From: an uncultured Chloroflexia bacterium
GTDB taxonomy: Bacteria > Chloroflexota > Limnocylindria > Limnocylindrales > CSP1-4
DNA length: 14,740 nt
Direction of reading: 5' to 3'
Assembly: GCA_963833225.1 (NCBI GenBank)
Contig: CAWHXD010000003.1
Location: 1 to 14,740, forward strand
Below, piece by piece: positions 1 to 6,531 of the stretch. The translations under genes and the position numbers were made by a program. The notes under the pieces are model-generated. The model saw nothing but the letters and a program-made list of their open reading frames with translations. It was not told where the DNA came from and ran no database searches. How positions within the stretch are numbered: position 1 is the stretch's first letter; each line of letters opens with the position of its first letter.

Positions 1-255
1 CCCACGTTCAGCCACCGCGGACGTGCGCTCAACCTCGATACCTGGCGCGGCCAGCGGGTCACGCTCGCGCAGCTGGAGCCCCAGCGGGCGCTGGACAGGG
101 TCGAGTTCCTCGAGGGTCCGGTCGAGCCGCGTGCGATCGCAGACGCGCCGATCACGCCCGACGAGATCCGAAGTCTCGACGCTGCCCTGCCCGCGATCGT
201 GGACGGGTGGGTCGGGGCACAGGTGCCGATGGCGGAGCGCCCGGATCGACCCTAG
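1..255 (+). CDS. Partial (5'-truncated) hypothetical protein, C-terminal 84 aa
   Basis: Frame 1 is open from base 1 to TAG at 253-255 (PTFSHRGRALNLDTWRGQRVTLAQLEPQRALDRVEFLEGPVEP...AALPAIVDGWVGAQVPMAERPDRP*). G/C-ending codons dominate and composition is protein-like. Not in the ORF track because the start lies outside the window. No family recognised. Confidence 0.7.
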   Translation, partial: PTFSHRGRALNLDTWRGQRVTLAQLEPQRALDRVEFLEGPVEPRAIADAPITPDEIRSLDAALPAIVDGWVGAQVPMAERPDRP

Positions 256-268
256 GAGCGGACGCGGC

Positions 269-416
269 GGGGCGACCTCACGCGGAGGGACCCGTGACCC
301 GACCAACCCACCCTGGCCCGATGGCGCTGGTGCCTGCCGGCGAACGCGACGGCGAAGGTCCCCGAACCGGTGTGATCCGACGCCGGGCAGCGTCCCCGGG
401 ACAGCCGAGCCGCCCC
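269..416 (-). ncRNA. Candidate structured RNA: long imperfect rod-like hairpin between convergent genes
   Basis: Concentric complementarity found by eye: 269-279/407-416, 286-291/392-397, 295-303/382-389, 307-321/362-375, 333-339/350-358. Most mismatches are A-C on + and so become G-U pairs on the minus strand. No known family recognised. Confidence 0.35.
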
Positions 417-423
417 GGGACGA

Positions 424-1223
424 TCAGCTGACGCGATCGGCGAGCGATCGGCGGTCCGCCAGGTAGGGTGCCAGCCGCCTCCGGAGCAGGGCAAGCTCGC
501 CGTCGAGCAGCCGATCGAGCTCGCGCAACCGGTCCTCTGCCGAATTGGCCTCGAGCAGCGCCTGCTTGCGGTCAGGGCGCACCTGGACGATTCCGGTGAG
601 CAGGAACGAGAGCTGCGACGGATCCTCCGGGATCCGCAGGCTCGATGCGAGGTCGGACGGGGCGCCCGGCTGGTCCGTGTCGGCGGGCTGGTCGGGCGAT
701 GCCTCGAGCTCGGACGCCTCGCCGGCCGCCGGCTGGGCCGACACCTCCACCTCGACCTGGACGTCGATCGGCGGGACGGATTCACCGTCACGCGGCTGCA
801 GCAGGCGCAGGTACTCCACGAACCGACGGATCACGTGTTGCACCAGGGCGTCGGCCGTGTCCGCGTCACCCACGGCGTCGTCCAGCCGGTGCACCTCGGC
901 CACGAGGTACGGCTCGAGCTCCGTGTGCACCTCTTCGATCGTGAACCGGCCGGAGCCGACTGTCAGCAGGTCCCAGCGGCCATCGCTGTGCCGGCTGGCC
1001 TCGCGGATCTCGGCAAACGTCCCGACGCCTGCGATCGCAAGCTCGGCGCCGCGCCCGTGGCGGGGCACGACCTCGCTCCCTTCGTGAATGAGCACGATCC
1101 CGAACGGGGAATCGGTGTCGAGGCAGTGCCTGACCATCACCCGATAACGGTCCTCGAACACGTGGAGCGAGAGGGCCAGACCCGGGGTGAGGACGGCGTG
1201 GAGGGGGAACAGGGGAATCGCAT
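424..1223 (-). CDS. Stand-alone Lon peptidase substrate-binding (LON N-terminal) domain protein, probable 1-nt frameshift right after the start codon
   Basis: Family motifs IPLFPL-x-x-VL-x-PG-x-x-LSLHVFEDRYRVMV, FGIVLI, VGTFAEI, DGRWDLLTVGSGRF, PYL-x-AEV, KQALLE...RLREL. No AAA+ or protease domain. ATG at 1223-1221 is followed by CG-ATT-CCC-CTG-TTC, one base short of being in frame. The 1416 start in the ORF track gives an implausible N-terminus overlapping the neighbouring gene. Confidence 0.85.
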
Positions 1224-1351
1224 CCGCGGCGAAGGGTACGCCGTCACTGCGAGCGATGCGACCGCCGCCGTCATGCGGTTGGCGGAGGACAATCGACGGC
1301 AGGTGTTTCGCCCGGGCGGTCGACCCCGGGACTTCCCGGGATTCTGGGACG

Positions 1352-1886
1352 TCAGGCGCCGACCGTCGAGGGATCCAGGCTGGGTACCCGCGTCGCCCGT
1401 TCCTCGCGCTGGGCACCGGAGCCGGGCTGAACCGTATACGCAGCTTCGAACTGCTCCCTCGACATCGGCGGACCGAACAGGGATCCCTGCCCGAGCTGGC
1501 AGCCCAGGCGTCGGAGGATATCCAGCTGGGCGGGCCGCTCGATGCCCTCGGCCACGATCTCCAGGCTCAACGTCTCGCCCATCCGGATCACGACGGCCGC
1601 GAGGCTCCGCTCCTCGTCGCGGTCCAGGTGCTCGGTGAACTCACGGTCGACCACCAGCTCGTACAGGATGTGGGAGCGAGCCCCACGGGAGCAGCACATG
1701 GACGACCATGGCAACCGCGCTTGCGAGCGCGAACGCAAGCAGCGGGCGCTCGCGTCGCAGCCACGGTCGTGGGTCTGGATGCCGCCCTGGCACTCGGCCA
1801 CCTCGCATCGACAGGCGCTCCTGAACGGCGCCGATCCCTATCAGACTGTCGGTCACGAGGCCAGTCGTCGGTGGCCCAACCGTCAT
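1352..1886 (-). pseudogene. Internally deleted membrane-anchored EAL (probably GGDEF/EAL) c-di-GMP signalling gene remnant
   Basis: The 3' part encodes only the C-terminal end of an EAL domain (ELVVDREF like ELKIDRSF; LEIVAEGIE-x-x-x-QL-x-x-LRRLGCQLGQGSLFGPP). The 5' part (ATG 1886, another frame) encodes a hydrophobic helix LLAFALASAVAMVVHVLLPWG. Frames switch near 1673. EAL and DDFG motifs are absent. Confidence 0.7.
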
Positions 1887-1900
1887 CGGACCCTGTCCGG

Positions 1901-1906
1901 ATCGTA
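1901..1906 (-). promoter_or_regulatory. Putative -10 element (TACGAT) for the EAL remnant
   Basis: TACGAT lies 14 nt upstream of ATG 1886. The same CGTACGATC context occurs upstream of the Fe-S carrier gene. Confidence 0.45.
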
Positions 1907-1957
1907 CGGGCCGTGCGGCGGGTCAGGCCTCAGGACCAGGTGGTGCGGGGTACAGCA

Positions 1958-1981
1958 ACGCCGCCGGTTGCCCGGCGGCGT
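1958..1981 (-). terminator. Intrinsic terminator-like hairpin after the Fe-S carrier gene
   Basis: Perfect 10-bp stem ACGCCGCCGG-GCAA-CCGGCGGCGT with a GNRA loop on the minus strand, 24 nt after the stop at 2006. The U-tail is weak (TGCTGT). Confidence 0.7.
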
Positions 1982-2005
1982 CGGGACGGCGGAGGAGGCG
2001 CCCGG

Positions 2006-2386
2006 TCAGTGGCTGCAGGAGCGCGCCTGGCCCGCGTCATCGGCGGTCCGGAAGCTCGATCCGCAGCCGCAGGCGGCCACCGCGTTCGGGTTGTTGACCG
2101 TGAAACCGGCACCCATGAGCGTGTCGACGTAGTCGATCTCGCTGCCCTGGATGAGCCCCACGCTGCTGTTGTCGATGTAGACGCGCACACCGCTCGCGTT
2201 GAGCACGTTGTCATCCGCGGTGGGCTGGTCCTCGAGCATCATCCCGTAGCGGTACCCGGAGCAGCCCCCCGAGTACACGTACACGCGCAGCCCGATCTCC
2301 GGGCTCGCCTCTTCCTTCGTCAGCTCGCGCAGCTTGGTGGCGGCCGCGTCGGTCAGCGAGACGACCGTCGACTGGGCGTCGATCAT
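2006..2386 (-). CDS. A-type iron-sulfur cluster carrier (HesB/IscA/ErpA family), 126 aa
   Basis: LTDAAA-x-K, GLRVYVYSGGCSGYRY, GSEIDY...GF-x-x-NNPNA-x-x-x-CGCGSSF: all three conserved Cys present. AAGGAG Shine-Dalgarno upstream. IscA, SufA and ErpA cannot be separated by eye. Confidence 0.96.
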   Translation of the reverse strand: MIDAQSTVVSLTDAAATKLRELTKEEASPEIGLRVYVYSGGCSGYRYGMMLEDQPTADDNVLNASGVRVYIDNSSVGLIQGSEIDYVDTLMGAGFTVNNPNAVAACGCGSSFRTADDAGQARSCSH

Positions 2387-2413
2387 GTCCTGGGGTCTCC
2401 TTGGTCTGCGGAT

Positions 2414-2449
2414 CGCGGGCCATATGGCCTGCGAGTCACCGCGATCGTA
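2414..2449 (-). promoter_or_regulatory. Putative -10 (TACGAT, 2449-2444) and downstream 20-bp inverted repeat (2414-2433) in front of the Fe-S carrier gene
   Basis: CGCAGGCC-ATAT-GGCCCGCG on the minus strand sits just after the expected transcription start. It could be a 5' UTR hairpin or an operator. Confidence 0.45.
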
Positions 2450-2507
2450 CGCAGGTCAACCGATTTCGTCCAGCGCCTTCGTTGCCGCCTGTCGCTCGGG
2501 TACGGCG

Positions 2508-3737
2508 CTATCCCTCGACCCGCTCCACCACCGTGGCGATCCCCTGGCCGACGCCGATGCACATCGTGGCCAGGCCGTAGCGCCCGCCCGTGCGCGCCAG
2601 CTCGTGCACGAGCATCGTCATCAGTCGCGCCCCGGAGGCCCCAAGCGGATGACCGAGGGCGATTGCACCGCCGTTCGGGTTCACGCGCGCCGGATCGAGC
2701 CCGAGCTCGTCCACGCAGGCCACCGACTGGCTGGCGAACGCCTCGTTGATCTCGACGAGGTCGAGGTCGTCGACCGTGAGATCCGCTCGGGCCAGCGCCT
2801 TACGAACAGCCGGGACGGGGCCGATCCCCATCACATCCGGGTGGACCCCGGCGACCGCGGTGGCAACGACTCGAGCCATCGCATGCAGGCCCAGGCCACG
2901 CGCGCGCTCCGCCTCGACCAGCAGCAGCGCGGCGGCTCCGTCGTTGATCCCCGAGCTGTTGCCCGCGGTGACCGTCCCCCCGTCGCGGAAGGCCGGTCTG
3001 AGCGCCGCCAGCGCCTCCGCCGACGTGTCCGGCCTCGGGTGCTCGTCGCGATCGACGATCGTGACCGAACCCTTGCGCCCGGTCACGGCTACCGGGACCA
3101 GCTGCGAGGCAAACCGACCGCCCTCGATCGCCGCCACCGCGCGTCGCTGGCTGTCGAGCGCGAACGCGTCCTGGCGCTCCCGGGACACAGACCACCGCTC
3201 GGCGACGACCTCCGCGGTCTCGCCCAGCGAGATCGGCGGGTAGGTGCGCTGCATCTCGGGGTTGACGAAGCGCCAGCCGAGCGCCGAGTCCTCCATCGTC
3301 CGTGGGCCGCGCTGGAATGGAGACGAGGGTTTGAGCATCACCAGTGGCGCGCGCGTCATCGACTCCACGCCGCCCGCCAGAAACACATCGCCGTCGTCGA
3401 ACGCGATCGCGTGCGCAGCCGCGTTGATCGCCTGCAACCCCGACCCGCACAGGCGGTTCACCGTCTGGCCGGCGACCTCGACCGGCAGCCCCGCCAGCAG
3501 CGCCGCCATCCGGGCGACGTTGCGGTTGTCCTCGCCCGCCTGGTTCGCGCAGCCGAGGATCACGTCCTCGATCGATGCCGGATCGACGCCGGTCCGGTCG
3601 ACGATCGCGCGGATGACGAGCGCGGCCAGGTCGTCCGGGCGGACCGAGGCGAGCGCGCCACCATGACGCCCGATCGGGGTTCGCACGGCGTCGACGATCC
3701 ACGCTTCGCGGAGCGGGCGGTGCTGATCTCGAGGCAT
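2508..3737 (-). CDS. Acetyl-CoA C-acyltransferase (thiolase), PcaF/PaaJ (3-oxoadipyl-CoA thiolase)-like, 409 aa
   Basis: [34 protein letters not shown], catalytic [26 protein letters not shown]. Start re-called at ATG 3737; the longer ORF-track version overlaps the hydratase gene. Confidence 0.95.
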   Translation of the reverse strand: MPRDQHRPLREAWIVDAVRTPIGRHGGALASVRPDDLAALVIRAIVDRTGVDPASIEDVILGCANQAGEDNRNVARMAALLAGLPVEVAGQTVNRLCGSGLQAINAAAHAIAFDDGDVFLAGGVESMTRAPLVMLKPSSPFQRGPRTMEDSALGWRFVNPEMQRTYPPISLGETAEVVAERWSVSRERQDAFALDSQRRAVAAIEGGRFASQLVPVAVTGRKGSVTIVDRDEHPRPDTSAEALAALRPAFRDGGTVTAGNSSGINDGAAALLLVEAERARGLGLHAMARVVATAVAGVHPDVMGIGPVPAVRKALARADLTVDDLDLVEINEAFASQSVACVDELGLDPARVNPNGGAIALGHPLGASGARLMTMLVHELARTGGRYGLATMCIGVGQGIATVVERVEG

Positions 3738-3743
3738 GTGTTG

Positions 3744-3752
3744 ATTGTGGCA
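3744..3752 (-). promoter_or_regulatory. Extended -10 promoter (TG-C-CACAAT) giving a probable leaderless thiolase mRNA
   Basis: TGCCACAAT is followed by 6 nt (CAACAC) and then ATG 3737. No Shine-Dalgarno sequence. Confidence 0.55.
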
Positions 3753-3835
3753 CCCGGCCGCCGGTCGACGCGGCCGCCTGGAGCGCAGCTCGAAGGCCCG
3801 CCGCTGGCCGCGCTGTCTAGCGCGCGCCGGCTCGC

Positions 3836-4651
3836 CTATCGACCTCGCCAGGCGGGCGGGCGCTTCTCGGCGAAGGCGACCATCCCCTCCTGTTGGTCCT
3901 CGGTCCCGAACAACGCCTCGAACCGGTCGCGCTCGAACCGCAGGCCAGCGGTCAGCGGCAGCTCCTGCGTGGCGTTGATGGCCGCCTTCGCCGCCCGCAC
4001 CGCGAGCACGGGCATCGCCGCGATCCGCGCCGCGAGCTCGAGCGAAGCGGCAACCACCTCGGCGGCAGGCACGACCGCGGTCACCAGCCCCAGGCGGCTC
4101 GCCTCCTGGGCGTCGATCCGGCGACCCGTCAGCACGAGCTCCATCGCCCGCGCCCGGCCGGCGGCACGCGCCAGCCGCTGCGTTCCGCCGGCCCCGGGGA
4201 TCACCCCGATTGACAGCTCCGGCTGGCCGAGCTGCAGATCGTCGCCTGCGACCAGCATGTCGCACGCCATCGCGAGCTCCGCCCCGCCGCCCAATGCGTA
4301 TCCGCGAACCGCGGCGATCGTCGGCGTCCGCAGCTCGGCGACCCGGTCCACGACCGCGAACGGATCGGCGCCGTGAAGCGATGCCGTGGTCGATTCCGCG
4401 AGCTCGCGGATGTCCGCTCCGGCGGCAAACGCACGGGTCCGCGACCCGGTGATCACGATCGCCCGGCACGCCTCGTCCTCATCCAGCCCGGCGAGCGCCG
4501 CATCGAGCTGGGCAAGCAGGGTGAAGGAGAGCGCGTTGAGCGCCTCAGGCCGATCGAGCGTGACGAGTGCCACGCCGTCTCGCGGCGGATTACCCGCCGG
4601 GAGCTCCACCCGGACCAGCCTGCGGTCCCCGCCGTCCGTCGTGTCCGTCAT
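3836..4651 (-). CDS. Enoyl-CoA hydratase/isomerase (crotonase, PaaF-like), 271 aa
   Basis: [41 protein letters not shown][15 protein letters not shown] (both catalytic Glu), [12 protein letters not shown]. Start re-called at ATG 4651 with a GAAGGAGG SD and ATGA overlap with the hydrolase stop. Confidence 0.96.
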   Translation of the reverse strand: MTDTTDGGDRRLVRVELPAGNPPRDGVALVTLDRPEALNALSFTLLAQLDAALAGLDEDEACRAIVITGSRTRAFAAGADIRELAESTTASLHGADPFAVVDRVAELRTPTIAAVRGYALGGGAELAMACDMLVAGDDLQLGQPELSIGVIPGAGGTQRLARAAGRARAMELVLTGRRIDAQEASRLGLVTAVVPAAEVVAASLELAARIAAMPVLAVRAAKAAINATQELPLTAGLRFERDRFEALFGTEDQQEGMVAFAEKRPPAWRGR

Positions 4652-5568
4652 CGCGACGCCTCCTTCAGCCAGTCCGTGTCCGGATCCGCGGGGCGAACGG
4701 CCTCGCCCCGCGACGACGTCCAGGGCCGGGCCGCGGTGCCCTGCGCACCCTCGCCCGCCGGCGCGTGCGCCACGCGCGAGGACGGGGTCCTCGACGCGCG
4801 CTCGGTAGCGATCCGCTCGGTCGATCGGTAGAAACCCGCCAGCGCCTCGTTGAACAGCGCCGGCCGGCGGACCATCACCTCGTGGCCGCAATCCGGCGCC
4901 ACGAACAGCCGGGCGTCGCGCAGCTGGCGCCGCAGCGCCCAGGCCTGCCCGACCGGCACGAACGGATCCCGATCGCCCACCACGACCAGCGTCGGAGCAT
5001 CGACCCGAACCAGCTCCGAGGGCGCGTGCAGCGACTGCGAGGCGACATCGTCCGCGATCGCGGGGAGCAGGCGTCGCCAGGCACCCGGGCCCTGGACCGG
5101 ACCATGACGCCGCTCGAGCTCAGCGGCCCAGGCGGGGTCGTGGCGCTCGATCCGGTCCGGATCGAACAACCGGCGGGCAACCGACGCCCGGGGCTCGTGC
5201 TCCGGGCTGATCCCGGCCAGGACAAGCGTTCGCAGCCGCTCCGGGTGACGAACCGCGAAGCCGAGGGCCGTCGCGGCGCCCATCGAGAACCCGAGCAGGT
5301 GGAACGTGGCAAGACCCAGCGCGTCGGCGAACGCCTCGAGGTCATCCACCAGCCACTGGTACCGGAAGCCGTTTGCCGCATCCCAGCGTGTGCTCGCATG
5401 GCCCCTCGCATCGGGCGCCAGGCACCGGAACGCGCGACGGAACAGCGGCAGCTGCGCGGCGAAGTCCTCGCGCCCCGACGAGCTGGCGCCGTGGAGCATG
5501 ACCAGCGGCGGGCCGGCACCCTCCGTCACGTAGCCGATCTCGATCCCGTTGGCCGAGACGCGGTGCAC
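4648..5568 (-). CDS. Alpha/beta-fold hydrolase (PcaD/MhpC-like superfamily member), 306 aa
   Basis: GAGPPLVMLHG, PDARGH, nucleophile elbow GFSMG, PTLVVVGDRD, CGH: complete Ser-Asp-His triad. Substrate not assignable. Confidence 0.93.
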   Translation of the reverse strand: MHRVSANGIEIGYVTEGAGPPLVMLHGASSSGREDFAAQLPLFRRAFRCLAPDARGHASTRWDAANGFRYQWLVDDLEAFADALGLATFHLLGFSMGAATALGFAVRHPERLRTLVLAGISPEHEPRASVARRLFDPDRIERHDPAWAAELERRHGPVQGPGAWRRLLPAIADDVASQSLHAPSELVRVDAPTLVVVGDRDPFVPVGQAWALRRQLRDARLFVAPDCGHEVMVRRPALFNEALAGFYRSTERIATERASRTPSSRVAHAPAGEGAQGTAARPWTSSRGEAVRPADPDTDWLKEASR

Positions 5569-5586
5569 GGGCTGGCGGTCCGTGGC

Positions 5587-6183
5587 TCAGCCCGCCGGCG
5601 ATTCGGGCTTGCCGGCGACGACCGTCGACATCGCCCGCTCGATCCGCAGGTAGCGGCGGCGAAGGTAGAGCAGCGGGGGTGCGTCCGGATCCGCGAGCGA
5701 CGTGGCCTCGACGCGTCCCACGAAGAGCAGGTGGTCGCCGACCTCGAACCGCTCGGCGACCGCGCACTCCAGCGCGCCGATCGCGCCCTCGAGCAGGGGG
5801 ACGTGCGTCTCGCCCGGCCGCCAGGCGGCGCCACAGAACGCGTCTCGCGCGGGCGTGACGGCCGCTCCGGCGAAGCAGTCGGCCAGATGCTGCTGGTGCT
5901 CGGTCAGGATGTTGACCGCGTAGCGCTGGCTCGCCTCGATCGCGGGCACGATGAACCGGCGATGGTCGAGCGCGACCATGACCAGCGGAGGATCGAGGCT
6001 CACCGAGGCCAGCGCGTTGACCGTGATCCCCTGCGGCCGGTCGCCATCGAAGGCGGTCACCACCGTGACGCCGGTCGCGAAATGGCCGATCGCGGTGCGG
6101 AAGTCCGCGATGGAGACATGGTTGGCCGGGGAGGTGTTGCCGCCGCTGTCCGCGCCCCTGTCACGCCTGGTCGTTGCGCTCAT
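5587..6183 (-). CDS. Flavin reductase family protein (HpaC/RutF/NtaB type), 198 aa
   Basis: FRTAIGHFATGVTVVT, GITVNALASVSLDPPLV, YAVNIL, PLLEGA-x-x-x-LEC, GDHLLFVGRV, PLLY. Confidence 0.95.
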   Translation of the reverse strand: MSATTRRDRGADSGGNTSPANHVSIADFRTAIGHFATGVTVVTAFDGDRPQGITVNALASVSLDPPLVMVALDHRRFIVPAIEASQRYAVNILTEHQQHLADCFAGAAVTPARDAFCGAAWRPGETHVPLLEGAIGALECAVAERFEVGDHLLFVGRVEATSLADPDAPPLLYLRRRYLRIERAMSTVVAGKPESPAG

Positions 6184-6190
6184 CGCATGC

Positions 6191-6196
6191 AGGATA
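6191..6196 (-). promoter_or_regulatory. Putative -10 element (TATCCT) giving a probable leaderless flavin reductase mRNA
   Basis: TATCCT is followed by 7 nt and then ATG 6183. No Shine-Dalgarno sequence. Confidence 0.5.
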
Positions 6197-6411
6197 CGGC
6201 GAGCGACCCTGGGGACGGTCCCCCGACCCGATGGTCACCGGCCGGACGTCGGCGATCAGCCCGGCAATCTCGCCCTTGTTAGGGCCTCGGCTATGGATGC
6301 GGGACACCCCCCATCCGATACTCGGGTGGTCCCCGGACCTGCAGGCCGGGTCATGGCCGGCGGTCTGCACCTCGCCGACGGCAGGGGACGCCGCTGACCT
6401 GACTTCGCCAG

Positions 6412-6447
6412 GAGGCGGGACACCCTGAGCGCCGGGCGTCCCGCCTC
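6412..6447 (-). terminator. Strong GC-rich hairpin downstream of the histidine kinase gene
   Basis: On +, GAGGCGGGAC-A-CCC ... GGG-C-GTCCCGCCTC. The single A-C mismatch is a G-U pair on the minus strand. No U-tract, so a terminator role is uncertain. Confidence 0.45.
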
Positions 6448-6531
6448 ACCTCCGCCGTCGGCATCCGGCGGTCGAGTGGATCGCCAGCCACAGCCGGGGG
6501 ACTGGAGCCGGCTGGCTCGCCGCGAGGCGGG

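Noticed and set aside
282-335. SAM-I riboswitch-like words (GCGGAGGGAC...CAACC...GGTGCC) on +
   Set aside because: The ATC-x-AGAG start, the TGGCCC pseudoknot position and GCAACC are missing or misplaced, and no + strand gene follows.
2334-4376. 680-aa + strand ORF and other long antisense ORFs (1187-2749, 4567-6282, 6911-8539, 11884-13146)
   Set aside because: Shadow frames of well-supported genes on the opposite strand. They are Arg/Pro/Ser-rich, carry no motifs, and are expected at this GC content.
3738-4469. Apparent N-terminal extension making a 653-aa thiolase fusion
   Set aside because: The extension is an alternate frame of the hydratase gene. The thiolase has its own ATG and extended -10 at 3737-3752. 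The same reasoning applies to the ORF-track starts at 4891, 10909 and 10994.
6279-6284. TTAGGG telomere-type hexamer (also at 10922)
   Set aside because: Single non-tandem copies in bacterial intergenic DNA. Treated only as part of the candidate operator.
6161-6428. Short ORFs in the 6184-6531 spacer
   Set aside because: No SD, no third-position G/C bias comparable to the real genes, and no motifs.
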